The translations under genes were made by a program, and so were the position numbers. This document shows, one piece after another, positions 18,523-28,417 of a stretch of DNA of 64,000 nucleotides. Each line of letters opens with the position of its first letter. Positions within the stretch are counted from its first letter, which is position 1. The notes under the pieces were generated by a model. The model searched no databases. It saw only the letters and a program-made list of their open reading frames with translations, and was not told the origin of the DNA. The stretch comes from an uncultured Lentimicrobiaceae bacterium (lineage in GTDB: Bacteria > Bacteroidota > Bacteroidia > Bacteroidales > WCHB1-69): assembly GCA_964610025.1 (NCBI GenBank), contig CAZSTX010000001.1, forward strand, positions 8,219 through 72,218, written 5' to 3'.

Positions 18523-19779
18523 TTAAGGATATTTTATATTAAATATGCTAATAGAAAAATAAGCTGATTTATTTTCTAAAAAAGCTGTTTTGTCGGTTGT
18601 ATATGCTCCAATAGTTATTCCAATAGGATTGATATCGGGAATAGATGAAATACAAATCATTTTATTTTTATAAAAAAATACTTTATCCAAATGTTGCCTT
18701 ACAATCCAATATTGTTTTTTTGTTATTACTTCATTTGTATTCGGAACATTCACATTTAATTGAGATTTTGAAATATTCCATTCGTTATTTTGTTTCTTAA
18801 TGACATCATAATAACATATATTTTGATTGAAATATTTTGTTAGTATCGTATTTGAATCCAACCAATATACATGATCTAAAAAGGAATATTTTTTTAATAG
18901 CGGCGTAACACTTGAAATCAGAATATATGCTTGTTGAGAACTATCTATCAGCCGGATTTGATCTTCAGGTACCTGCTGCCAATAATCAGGGGACAAATGA
19001 ATGCTTTCGCATAATAATAAGTTAGTATCGAATAGGTTTATATGATAATTAGTGCTTTGATGGAATGATATGCATGTTCTGTGTGAGTTGATAGAGAAAA
19101 AATCCCCACCATATCTGCAATGTGTGGAAGCAATAAATGGAAAAAACGGTTGTATGGAACAGACCTCTTTTGCCGGACGAAGAGTATGTACTGTTATTTG
19201 CGTATTTGATTTTATTTTAGGGTATGCACTGAAATTCTCATTTCTTGCCAAGAATATACTGTTCTCTGATATAAATGAAACAAATTCAGGTAATAATTGT
19301 ATGTTAAGTTTTAATTTTTTATAAATCTTAAATGTGTTATTATTTCTTTTTAGAATAAGTAGATAACGGTCATATCCGAGTAATATAAAATCATTGTAAA
19401 CCGCGAAAAGATTATAATTATCATAATAGTCTTTTCGTAGAGAACTATTTAAACGAGGAATTTTAATAATAAAAGAATCGACTTTCATTTCATTTATATA
19501 AAAGCAATAAAGGGTAAATTCATTAGCATGCGTATAAGACGCATTGTACTTATAAAACCAAATACGTTCGTTGTCTAAAGCAACTTGATAATCGTCTAAA
19601 TAATCTGCTTGCAGGTAGTTAAAAACAATTGTTGTATCGTGTTCCAGTATGGAACAAAGGTGATTTTGAGAGTACGCCGAGATAATTATTTGAAATAGGA
19701 TAAATACATAAAATTTTCTCATTATTGATAATTTTAAAACAAGATAGATTGAATTAATTTTTACCGGTAGTGTTTTCAT
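18523..19779 (-). CDS. Hypothetical protein (beta-rich, possibly secreted)
   Basis: 418 aa. The second Met (at 19722, MRKFYVFILFQIIISAYSQ) gives a cleaner signal peptide. The beta-strand-like periodicity is reminiscent of propeller proteins, but I cannot assign a family. Confidence 0.55.
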   Translation of the reverse strand: MKTLPVKINSIYLVLKLSIMRKFYVFILFQIIISAYSQNHLCSILEHDTTIVFNYLQADYLDDYQVALDNERIWFYKYNASYTHANEFTLYCFYINEMKVDSFIIKIPRLNSSLRKDYYDNYNLFAVYNDFILLGYDRYLLILKRNNNTFKIYKKLKLNIQLLPEFVSFISENSIFLARNENFSAYPKIKSNTQITVHTLRPAKEVCSIQPFFPFIASTHCRYGGDFFSINSHRTCISFHQSTNYHINLFDTNLLLCESIHLSPDYWQQVPEDQIRLIDSSQQAYILISSVTPLLKKYSFLDHVYWLDSNTILTKYFNQNICYYDVIKKQNNEWNISKSQLNVNVPNTNEVITKKQYWIVRQHLDKVFFYKNKMICISSIPDINPIGITIGAYTTDKTAFLENKSAYFSISIFNIKYP

Positions 19780-19788
19780 CGTTTCTTC

Positions 19789-19831
19789 GTTTATATTTTA
19801 CAATGCAAAATTACATTTTTTTATAATAAAA
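19789..19831 (-). promoter_or_regulatory. 43-nt promoter/leader element, copy B (contains the -7 box TAATTTTG at 19806-19813)
   Basis: gtttatattttacaatgcaaaattacaTttttttataataaaa matches copy A at 42 of 43 positions. It sits 10 nt upstream of the 19779 ATG. Confidence 0.55.
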
Positions 19832-19941
19832 GTAGTAAAAAAAAATTTTTTTTTATATGCAAAAGAGTATTAATACTTAAAGTGTAATAATTAATGAGTT
19901 TATTTGATGATTATTAGGCAAGTTAAATGGACACAGTATGC

Positions 19942-21651
19942 TTATTTAAAAATAGATTTTAAATAGGCTGTACATTCTTCAAAAGTTTTAAATGTTTTAT
20001 TATGAGGTATTAAATCGGGAATAACGTCCATTTTTTCTAACATATACATAGGTTGTGGTTGAATAATGGTCATTAATACTGTGATTCCTTTTTCTTGCAT
20101 TTCTTTAATGGCTGTTTCCATGGCATAAAGTCCCGATTGATCCATAAAAGTAACTAATCTCATTCTAATAATAACAATTTTAACATTATCAGGTATATTA
20201 CTCATTACTTCTTGAAATCCAGTAATAGAGCCAAAGAATATAGGACCATTTAATCGTTGTATATAAATTTGATTGCGAATTTCGTCAGGCATATCTTTTT
20301 CGTCTTCCCAAGGAGATTCTTTATCAAAAGTTGTTAAGGCACTCGATTTATAACCGCTCTCTACTAAGTCGCTTGCTCGTTTCATAAAGAGTACACTTGC
20401 TATAATCATACCAATAGCTACTGCAATTAATAAATCAACAAAAACAGTTAGTAATAAAACAGTTACTAATACAATAGCATCGGCTCTTGGTATTTTAAAT
20501 AAATCTTTTAATCCTTTAAAATCAATAATTCCAAAACCGACTGTAATTAAAATTCCTGCTAAAACCGATAGAGGTACATATTCGACATATTTACCCAATC
20601 CAAGTAGTATAGCCAATAAAAGTAAGGAGTGCACCATGCCAGATAATTGTGTTCTTCCACCACTTTTAACATTGACAACTGTACGCATGGTGGCACCTGC
20701 ACCTGAAATGCCAGAAAACATTCCAGCTACCATATTACCAATACCTTGTCCAATTAATTCTTTATTACTGTTATGTTTGGTTTTAGTAATATTGTCGGCT
20801 ACTACTGAAGTTAAAAGTGTATCTATAGAACCTAATCCTGCCAAGGTTAAAGCCGGAATAATAGTGATTTTGAGAGTATGTAACCAATTAATGCCTGCTA
20901 ATGAAAAGTTAGCAAAAAAGGGTATGGGTAATCCTGAAGGAATTTTTCCGATGGTAAATTTCACGTCAAAGCCTATTATGACAGAGATGATTGTAACGAC
21001 AATTAAAGCAACTAAAGTAGAGGGGATTTTTTTTGTGATTAGTGGAAATAAATAAATAATAATAATACTTAATACTCCCATAATACATGCTAAAATGTTG
21101 AATCCTTGTTGGATTTTTATAGGAAACTGTGAAACCATATCTACGATTAAAACAGGTGATTTTAATCCAAAAAGAGGATAAATTTGCTGTAAAATAATAA
21201 TAATTCCAATTCCACTCATAAAGCCTGATAAAACAGGATAGGGAATATAGCGGATATATTTTCCTATTTTGATTACTCCAAATAAAATTTGAAATAATCC
21301 GCATAGCATTCCTGTAATAGACATGATAATCATTACATGTTCGATACTGTTAGGAGTAGTGCCACTTGCCCAAATGCCTGATATTAAAGAAGCCATAATA
21401 ATGGTCATAGGTCCAGTAGGTCCACTAATTTGAGAATGTGTTCCTCCAAACAAAGATGCAAAAAAACCTATCATTATAGCACCTGTCAATCCTGCCAAAG
21501 CTCCATAGGCGCCAATGTTTGCTACATCCTTACTGTCTATTACTCCAAATGCTTGAATGCCAAAAGCTAAAGCTAAAGGTAAAGCTACTATACCAGCAGT
21601 TATACCGCCAAAAATATCTCCTTTAATGTTTTTTGTGAAAAATGATTTCAT
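19942..21651 (-). CDS. SulP-family anion (sulfate/bicarbonate) permease with a C-terminal STAS domain
   Basis: Polytopic membrane protein with GDIFGGITAGIVALPLALAF and SGPTGPM motifs. The STAS-like tail is YIQRLNGPIFFGS...VIIRMRLVTFMDQSGL. I prefer the start at 21651 (MKSFFTK) because a -7 box at 21682-21689 lies downstream of the track ATG at 21693. Confidence 0.9.
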   Translation of the reverse strand: MKSFFTKNIKGDIFGGITAGIVALPLALAFGIQAFGVIDSKDVANIGAYGALAGLTGAIMIGFFASLFGGTHSQISGPTGPMTIIMASLISGIWASGTTPNSIEHVMIIMSITGMLCGLFQILFGVIKIGKYIRYIPYPVLSGFMSGIGIIIILQQIYPLFGLKSPVLIVDMVSQFPIKIQQGFNILACIMGVLSIIIIYLFPLITKKIPSTLVALIVVTIISVIIGFDVKFTIGKIPSGLPIPFFANFSLAGINWLHTLKITIIPALTLAGLGSIDTLLTSVVADNITKTKHNSNKELIGQGIGNMVAGMFSGISGAGATMRTVVNVKSGGRTQLSGMVHSLLLLAILLGLGKYVEYVPLSVLAGILITVGFGIIDFKGLKDLFKIPRADAIVLVTVLLLTVFVDLLIAVAIGMIIASVLFMKRASDLVESGYKSSALTTFDKESPWEDEKDMPDEIRNQIYIQRLNGPIFFGSITGFQEVMSNIPDNVKIVIIRMRLVTFMDQSGLYAMETAIKEMQEKGITVLMTIIQPQPMYMLEKMDVIPDLIPHNKTFKTFEECTAYLKSIFK

Positions 21652-21681
21652 ATTAAGACTTTTATTATTATTGATTTTGCA

Positions 21682-21689
21682 CAAAGATA
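21682..21689 (-). promoter_or_regulatory. Candidate -7 box (TATCTTTG on the - strand) for the SulP gene
   Basis: The reverse complement of caaagata matches TAnnTTTG and lies 30 nt upstream of the ATG at 21651. Confidence 0.45.
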
Positions 21690-21753
21690 ACACTTTATTT
21701 TGAATTTAATAATAGAAATTTAAAAATAAATTATCTTATATATAAAAAATAAA

Positions 21754-21761
21754 TATCTTTG
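21754..21761 (+). promoter_or_regulatory. Candidate -7 box (TATCTTTG) for the YihY-family gene
   Basis: An exact TAnnTTTG match lies 20 nt upstream of the ATG at 21782. Confidence 0.45.
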
Positions 21762-21781
21762 TATTTATAATTATTATATGT

Positions 21782-22717
21782 ATGAAATTAAAATTAAGAT
21801 ATAAAAAAACAGATATAATACACCATCCTTTTGTTGTGCAAATAAAAGGATTATTGCGAAAAATTGTTTTACCAGGTTTTGATGGAGTTCCTATTTTTGA
21901 TGTGTTACTTTTTTTTATAAAAGGATTGATTAAAGGTGAATTATCGAGAAGGGCTTCTGCACTTTCGTATAATTTTTTTATGGCACTTTTTCCTATGGTA
22001 CTTTTCTTGTTTACCATCATCGCTTATTTACCAATTGGTGATTTTGTTCCATTAACTTATGAAATGATAGAGAATTTTTTGCCCAAACAATCTGTTAGCT
22101 TTGTAAAAGAAACGATTGATGGTATTTTAAGAAAAAATGGAACATTATTGTCTTTTAGTGTATTGTTTTCTTTTTATTTTGCAACAAGAGGTACTAATGC
22201 CATGATTTCGGAACTGAATGCTACTTATCATGAAATAGAAACAAGAGGATTTGTGAAGCAAAAATTAGTTTCATTGTTTATGCTTTTTATATTGGTATTG
22301 TTGTTTTTAACAACATTAGCACTTAATTTAGGAGTGACTCAATTTATAGCTTACAATGCAACTCATGGACTTGTTCAGATTACGTGGTATTTATCAATTA
22401 TTAAAGTTTTTAAATGGTTATTGATTGTAACACTTGTTTTTTTCTGTATTTCAATAATTTATTATTTTGCACCAGCTAAAAAAAGAGAATATCATTTTTT
22501 ATCGGCAGGAGCTTCTTTAGCTACTATTCTTATTGTATTATCGTCTGCTGGATTTAATTTTTATATTACTAATTTTTCTCGCTATAATGCTATTTATGGT
22601 TCTATAGGTGCTTTGATTATTTTATTAATATGGATACAGTTGATAGCTATGATTTTACTAATAGGATTTGAACTAAATGTGAGTATAAATAATGCACGTA
22701 AAAAAATAGAAAAATAA
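21782..22717 (+). CDS. YihY/BrkB-family inner-membrane protein
   Basis: 311 aa with the motif RRASALSYNFFMALFPMVLFLFTII and six TM helices ending in YGSIGALIILLIWIQL, typical of the family. Confidence 0.85.
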   Translation: MKLKLRYKKTDIIHHPFVVQIKGLLRKIVLPGFDGVPIFDVLLFFIKGLIKGELSRRASALSYNFFMALFPMVLFLFTIIAYLPIGDFVPLTYEMIENFLPKQSVSFVKETIDGILRKNGTLLSFSVLFSFYFATRGTNAMISELNATYHEIETRGFVKQKLVSLFMLFILVLLFLTTLALNLGVTQFIAYNATHGLVQITWYLSIIKVFKWLLIVTLVFFCISIIYYFAPAKKREYHFLSAGASLATILIVLSSAGFNFYITNFSRYNAIYGSIGALIILLIWIQLIAMILLIGFELNVSINNARKKIEK

Positions 22718-22719
22718 TA

Positions 22720-23985
22720 TTATATAAATTCATCAGAATCGCAGGTGGGGATTAAAATATACACCTTATCATTTCGCCGTACAATAGATTTGGTTGAGAT
22801 GGAGCAGTTATCGCCTTTTACTGCAATAGCTGTCGTTGTTAAATTGACCCTTATTTCCTTGATAGTATCTTCGTAAACACCTGTAGTAGGACCAATAATA
22901 AGGATTTCATCATTTTGCTCTAATTTACCACTTTCGATTAAAATTTCTGCTACTTTTAATTTGCTAAAATAATTTGTAACTCTTCCTATGTATATTTTGG
23001 TTTTATTAGCTTGTGAACCATAACGATTTGTCCATTCTCCTAATTTTCTGCCTAAATAATATCCATCCCAAAAATCACGATTGTAGACGCTTCGAAGTTT
23101 TTGCATCCAAAAATTAATTTTATCTTCGCCATAACTTCCATTAAAATAAGCATCAACAGCTTCTTTGTAACAACGAGTTACAGTTTTTACATATTCTGGT
23201 GAACGTCCACGTCCTTCGATTTTTAAAATACTTACACCTGCATCTAATATTTTATCCAAAAAACCTATAGTACATAAATCTTTAGGAGATAAAATATATT
23301 TTTCGTTTACTAATAATTCTAATTCATTATCGGCATCTTTTACGTTGTATAATCGCCGGCAAGCTTGTAAACATGCGCCACGATTGGCAGAATATCCAAA
23401 GTTGTCTAAACTTAAATAGCATTTCCCTGAAATAGCCATACACAAAGCCCCGTGAACAAAAATCTCAATTTTTACTAATTCTCCTGAAGGACCACAAATG
23501 TTTTCTTTTGTAATTTGCTGAACAATTTCAGCTACTTGTTTTAGATTTAGCTCGCGTGCTGTAACCATCACATCGGCATATTGAGCATAAAAACGCACAG
23601 CTTCGATATTGCTAATATTGCATTGTGTGGAAATATGTACTTTGATTTTTTTAGATATAGCTGCTTGTATTACAGCCCAATCAGAGGCAATAATAGCTGT
23701 TATATCATGTTTTTTTACAGCATCTAATAAAATAGTTATTTCTTCTATTTCATTATTATAAATAACAGTATTAATGGTTAGATAGGTTTTAATATGGTGT
23801 TGTTTGCAGATAGTGCTAATTTTTTCTAAATCGTTTAGTGTAAAATTAACAGTAGAGCGAGAACGCATATTTAAATTGCCTACTCCAAAATATACAGCAT
23901 TGGTATTTGCTTGTATAGCAGCCATTAATGATTCGTAAGACCCTACAGGAGATGCAATTTCTATGTTGTTATTATTTATTTTCAT
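22720..23985 (-). CDS. Peptidase U32 family protein (collagenase-like; the family also includes RNA/quinone hydroxylation factors)
   Basis: IEIASPVGSYESLMAAI.., IFVHGALCMAISGKCYLS and LKIEGRGRSPEYV motifs. I prefer the start at 23985 (MKINNNNIEIASP). The 26-aa extension in the track ORF looks like translated AT-rich spacer. Confidence 0.85.
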   Translation of the reverse strand: MKINNNNIEIASPVGSYESLMAAIQANTNAVYFGVGNLNMRSRSTVNFTLNDLEKISTICKQHHIKTYLTINTVIYNNEIEEITILLDAVKKHDITAIIASDWAVIQAAISKKIKVHISTQCNISNIEAVRFYAQYADVMVTARELNLKQVAEIVQQITKENICGPSGELVKIEIFVHGALCMAISGKCYLSLDNFGYSANRGACLQACRRLYNVKDADNELELLVNEKYILSPKDLCTIGFLDKILDAGVSILKIEGRGRSPEYVKTVTRCYKEAVDAYFNGSYGEDKINFWMQKLRSVYNRDFWDGYYLGRKLGEWTNRYGSQANKTKIYIGRVTNYFSKLKVAEILIESGKLEQNDEILIIGPTTGVYEDTIKEIRVNLTTTAIAVKGDNCSISTKSIVRRNDKVYILIPTCDSDEFI

Positions 23986-24178
23986 AAGTGCAAAAGTATA
24001 AAATATTAAAATAGAAATCTTAAATAATAATAAAAAATAATATGAATTTATTTTAATATACAATAAGATACGTTTATTTATTTTATTTTCATCTAAAAAC
24101 TATCATTATGAATGTTTTTTTTTCTATTTTTGCACTTTTAATTTTGAAATTTTTTATTAACTTAATTTTATTTACATT

Positions 24179-25735
24179 ATGTTTAAAAATCATCCGAAAG
24201 GACTTTTAGGGGCTGCATTGTCGAATATGGGAGAACGCTTTGGTTTCTATATTATGATGGCAATACTTACGCTTTTTATTTCAGCTAAATTTGGACTATC
24301 AGAAACCACTACAGGCTATGTGTATTCGGCATTTTATGCTTCAATATATTTATTGGCTTTAGTTGGAGGTTTGATTGCAGACAAGACTAAAAAATACAAA
24401 AGCACGATACTTATAGGTTTAATTTTAATGGCTGTTGGCTATTTAATTATTGCAATTCCAACACCTACGCCAGTTCCAAATATGGCTTTGTATTTGACAT
24501 TGACTTGTTTTGGTTTGTTGGTTATTGCTTTTGGTAATGGGTTGTTTAAAGGAAATCTGCAAGCTATTGTTGGACAAATGTATGATAATAATGAGTTCTC
24601 TGATAGACGCGATGCAGGATTTCAAATTTTTTATATGTTTATTAATGTTGGAGGTTTTTTTGCTCCATGGATAGCTATAGGCGTAAGAAATTGGTGGCTT
24701 AAAGTCAATAATTTCCATTATAATGCTTCGCTTCCAGAACTTTGCCATTCTTATTTGAAATCAGGAAGTGCAATGCCAGAAGAATCAATTACTAAACTAA
24801 CTCAATATGCTAATGATGCATACATTATTGCTCCTGAAACTGTTGATTTAAGTGTTTTTACTAAAAGTTATCTTGATGTTTTTAGTCATGGTTTTCAATA
24901 TGCCTTTATGGCAGCTATTATTGCTATGGGTATATCTTTAGTAATTTATTTAAGTAATAAAAACAAATTTCCAGATCCTGCTAAAAAAGCAATTGAAAAA
25001 GAAAATAATCCTACAAGTAAAGAAGAAATTGCAATGAGTATACAAGAAATTAGACAGCGTGTTTATGCTTTGTTTGCTGTTTTTGGTATTGTGATATTCT
25101 TCTGGCTATCTTTTCATCAAAATGGATATTCCTTAACATTTTTTGCTAGAGATTATGTGAATTTGAATGCTATTGATATTAATTTAGGATTTACACGAAT
25201 TATTGGAGCCGAAATATTCCAAGCTGTTAATCCATTCTTTGTTGTTACACTTACTCCACTCATCATGTGGTTGTTTGGTAGTTTAAGAAGAAAAGGAAAA
25301 GAGCCTTCTACTCCGATGAAGATTGCAATAGGTATGGGGATAGCAGCATTGGCATATGTTGTATTAATGGTGTTCTCTTTTGCATTGCCTGCAAAAGGAG
25401 AATTAGAGGCAATGAGTGTAGAACAAATAGCTGCAATGCAAGTAACGCCATGGATAATGGTTATTTTATATTTCATACTTACTGTTGCAGAGTTATTCAT
25501 ATCTCCTTTAGGAATTTCTTTTGTCTCTAAAGTTGCACCACCACATCTTCAAGGATTAATGCAGGGGCTTTGGCTTGCAGCAACTGCAATAGGAAACTCA
25601 TTGTTGTTTATAGGAGGAATTCTTTATACAACTGTTCCTATTTGGGCATGTTGGTTGGTATTTGTTGGAGCAACAGCTGCTTCAATGGTAGTGATGCTAT
25701 CGATGGTTAAATGGCTCGAAAGAGTAGCTAAATAA
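24179..25735 (+). CDS. Proton-dependent oligopeptide transporter (POT/PTR2, DtpT-like)
   Basis: 518 aa with HPKGLLGAALSNMGERFGFYIMMAIL and GGLIADK motifs and about 14 TM helices. Confidence 0.9.
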   Translation: MFKNHPKGLLGAALSNMGERFGFYIMMAILTLFISAKFGLSETTTGYVYSAFYASIYLLALVGGLIADKTKKYKSTILIGLILMAVGYLIIAIPTPTPVPNMALYLTLTCFGLLVIAFGNGLFKGNLQAIVGQMYDNNEFSDRRDAGFQIFYMFINVGGFFAPWIAIGVRNWWLKVNNFHYNASLPELCHSYLKSGSAMPEESITKLTQYANDAYIIAPETVDLSVFTKSYLDVFSHGFQYAFMAAIIAMGISLVIYLSNKNKFPDPAKKAIEKENNPTSKEEIAMSIQEIRQRVYALFAVFGIVIFFWLSFHQNGYSLTFFARDYVNLNAIDINLGFTRIIGAEIFQAVNPFFVVTLTPLIMWLFGSLRRKGKEPSTPMKIAIGMGIAALAYVVLMVFSFALPAKGELEAMSVEQIAAMQVTPWIMVILYFILTVAELFISPLGISFVSKVAPPHLQGLMQGLWLAATAIGNSLLFIGGILYTTVPIWACWLVFVGATAASMVVMLSMVKWLERVAK

Positions 25736-25756
25736 TAAAAGAAACAAAATGACATA

Positions 25757-25789
25757 AAAGGCAATCCTACAGGATTGCCTTTGTGTTTT
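25757..25789 (+). terminator. Intrinsic terminator after the POT transporter gene
   Basis: The stem AAAGGCAATCC(T) / (A)GGATTGCCTTT is followed by GTGTTTT. Confidence 0.7.
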
Positions 25790-25827
25790 ATTATCACACT
25801 TTATCACTAATCTAAATAATTGAATTT

Positions 25828-26430
25828 ATGCTTTTAAAAGATTTAGAAAATTATCAGGTTGTTTTAGCTTCTTTATCCCCACGCCGACAAGAATTGTTGT
25901 CGCAGTTGGGGATAGCTTATACTGTTTGTAATAGCTATGTTAGCGAAATCGTTCCTCAGGGATTAACTATTTACGAAACTGTGCAATATTTGGCACAGCA
26001 AAAAGCAGAAATTGCTTTAGAATCTTATAAAAAGCAAAAAGATTTAATAATTATAGCGGGCGATACGATAGTGTCGATTAATAACGAAATCATGGGAAAA
26101 CCTACCGATAGAAAAGATGCTTTTTACATGTTAAAACAACTTTCAGGTAAAAAACATCTTGTGCTAACAGGTATTAGTGTTGTAACACACAATAAAACGC
26201 TTACTGCTTACGACGAAGCATGGGTAACTTTTGATGACTTGACGGATAATGAAATAATTTATTATCTTGATAAATATATGCCTTACGATAAAGCCGGTGC
26301 TTATGGCATACAAGAGTGGATAGGTTGTCGTGCTGTAACGAATATAGAAGGTTCTTTTTTTACAGTTATGGGTTTTCCTACACATTTAGTATGGAAAATG
26401 TTAGAAGAAGTAATAATAAAAAATAAATAA
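25828..26430 (+). CDS. maf: Maf-family nucleoside-triphosphate pyrophosphatase
   Basis: 200 aa with VVLASLSPRRQELL, IIAGDTIV, DKAGAYGIQ and GFP motifs. Confidence 0.9.
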   Translation: MLLKDLENYQVVLASLSPRRQELLSQLGIAYTVCNSYVSEIVPQGLTIYETVQYLAQQKAEIALESYKKQKDLIIIAGDTIVSINNEIMGKPTDRKDAFYMLKQLSGKKHLVLTGISVVTHNKTLTAYDEAWVTFDDLTDNEIIYYLDKYMPYDKAGAYGIQEWIGCRAVTNIEGSFFTVMGFPTHLVWKMLEEVIIKNK

Positions 26431-26466
26431 ACTAATATTTCGTTATTAGCTTATATATAAGTTAAA

Positions 26467-27105
26467 ATGACAAAAAAAATAGGTCTTTTTTTTATTTTGA
26501 GTTGTTTGTTTTATTTTACACAAGCTCAATCTTTAATTGACGATGCTAAAGCTAAATATTTTCTACAGCAAGCGAATGAAAAGTTAACCCAATCCTTGTT
26601 TAACGAAGCTATTGCTTTATATCAGCAAGCTGATTCTCTTTCTTTATCTGTTTTTACGGCTAAAGATTATAACAATATGGCTGGGGCTTATTATCAGCTA
26701 AAATATTATAATGAATCGTTGAATGCTTGTAAGAAAGCTATTTTACTTGATTCGTTAAATAAAGAGACTTATTTTAATTTAGGAATAGTGTATTTGGTTT
26801 TAGATAGCAATACAAAGGCAATATTTGCTTACAAAAAAGCGATTCAAATAGATAGTGTAAATATAAAAGCACTGTATAATTTAGCTGCTGCTTATAAAAA
26901 GTTAAAAGATTATGAAACAGCTATTTCATATTATGAAAAAATTATTGAAATAGATGTTAATCATATTAAAACTTATGTGAATATGGGTGTTGCTTACGGT
27001 GAATTGGGAAATATTGACATGCTCTATGAGTGTTTTAAAAAAGCAGCACGTTTGGGAGATAAAGAATCTCAAGAGTTTTTAACCAAAACAGGCAACACAT
27101 GGTAG
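26467..27105 (+). CDS. Secreted tetratricopeptide-repeat protein
   Basis: 212 aa with a signal peptide ending FTQAQ and repeated Y.N.G..Y......A...Y.KA...D TPR units. Confidence 0.8.
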   Translation: MTKKIGLFFILSCLFYFTQAQSLIDDAKAKYFLQQANEKLTQSLFNEAIALYQQADSLSLSVFTAKDYNNMAGAYYQLKYYNESLNACKKAILLDSLNKETYFNLGIVYLVLDSNTKAIFAYKKAIQIDSVNIKALYNLAAAYKKLKDYETAISYYEKIIEIDVNHIKTYVNMGVAYGELGNIDMLYECFKKAARLGDKESQEFLTKTGNTW

Positions 27106-28416
27106 CTATTGTCCTGTTGTTTGCAAATAAAATGTACGTTTTTTTATAAAAGTGATATAGGCATCAAGATAAGCATCTTGACTTTGTTGTAGTAAGGTTT
27201 GAATTTCTAATAAACTTGATAAATTGATAGTTCCCGATAAGTAATAGTCATTATAGATTCTTAAATTATCTTGGACTTGGTCGATTTCCAATTGTAAGAT
27301 TTGCAGTTGCATATAAGCTTCGTTTAATTCATTCCATGATTGCTCGATTTGCAGTTGTAATAGCTGCATGTTGCTTTGATAATTATTATCATCAATTTTT
27401 TCTTGTATCCGGTGTTTCTGAATAGCATGTGCACCTCCCCACCAATCAGAAATAGGAATAGAAATAACTCCAAATACAAAACCTAAGTTATTTTTTGAAC
27501 CCAACATTTCATTATATAGATAAGTAGAACCTATAGCTATAGAAGGCAAATATTTTCCTATTTCCATTTGTTTTTGTAGTTTGTTAGCTTTTTTTTGATA
27601 GAGTAATAGCTGATTTTCTATGCGTTTATCGACCGCTTCTTCGGGAGGTAAATAGTAATTTAAAGGAGATTCTGGTATGGAAATACTATCGTAAATAATA
27701 TTAAAATCTTTTTCTTTAATTCCAGTGTATTGATGTAGTGCTAATTTAGACATGCGAATGCCATTCTCTATTTTAATTTTAGCACTTGCTACCTCTTGTT
27801 GCTTAAGTTTTATTTTTAAAAAATCATTAGCATTGATAATGCCAGCTTTTACAGCCGTTTCTGCGTCTTTGTGTAAATTGTTTAGTTGTGATGATATAAT
27901 GTCAATTGTTTTTTTCTTTTCTTCAAGCGAAATGATTTGAAAAAATACTTCTTCTATTTTTCTTTTAATTTCATTTTCTGTAAGGCTAAGTTGTAGTTTT
28001 TCGACTTTAATGCCAATAGTAGCTAATTGATTTCCAGTATAAATTCTTCCTCCTGCAAAAATAGGCTGTGTTAGTTGAACGCCAGCTAAAAAACCTTTGT
28101 TTATCAGTAGTTTATAATTTAAATTGACGTCTGTTGCTGGCAATTCATAATCGTCAATAATGGAGTTGTATTTTGCATTAATAAAACCTTCTATGTGCGC
28201 ACTAAATCCGATAATAGTAGCCGATATGCTGGGAAAATATTTAGTAAAAGCTTCCTTTTTGGTTTCTTTAGCCATGTCGATAGATAAAAGTTTGTTCTTT
28301 ATTTCAACATTTTGTTTTAACGCTAATACAATACAAGTATCAAGACTATAAGAAGATTGTGCTTGAATGAGAAAGCAATGAAAGAAAAATAGGAATAATA
28401 AAATATTTTTTTTCAT
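27106..28416 (-). CDS. TolC-family outer-membrane efflux protein
   Basis: 436 aa with a signal peptide and two long coiled-coil/beta repeats. It is the last gene of the MFP-RND-OMF triplet. Confidence 0.85.
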   Translation of the reverse strand: MKKNILLFLFFFHCFLIQAQSSYSLDTCIVLALKQNVEIKNKLLSIDMAKETKKEAFTKYFPSISATIIGFSAHIEGFINAKYNSIIDDYELPATDVNLNYKLLINKGFLAGVQLTQPIFAGGRIYTGNQLATIGIKVEKLQLSLTENEIKRKIEEVFFQIISLEEKKKTIDIISSQLNNLHKDAETAVKAGIINANDFLKIKLKQQEVASAKIKIENGIRMSKLALHQYTGIKEKDFNIIYDSISIPESPLNYYLPPEEAVDKRIENQLLLYQKKANKLQKQMEIGKYLPSIAIGSTYLYNEMLGSKNNLGFVFGVISIPISDWWGGAHAIQKHRIQEKIDDNNYQSNMQLLQLQIEQSWNELNEAYMQLQILQLEIDQVQDNLRIYNDYYLSGTINLSSLLEIQTLLQQSQDAYLDAYITFIKKRTFYLQTTGQ

Positions 28417-28417
28417 A

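Noticed and set aside
20636-21055. 139-aa plus-strand ORF inside the SulP gene
   Set aside because: It is an antisense shadow of a well-supported 570-aa transporter gene, with no independent motif or promoter. The same reasoning applies to 20966-21304.
27103-27108. Zero-spacer convergent stops of the TPR gene and the TolC-family gene
   Set aside because: This is just tight packing (TAG followed directly by the reverse-strand stop). There is no hairpin and no evidence of functional overlap.
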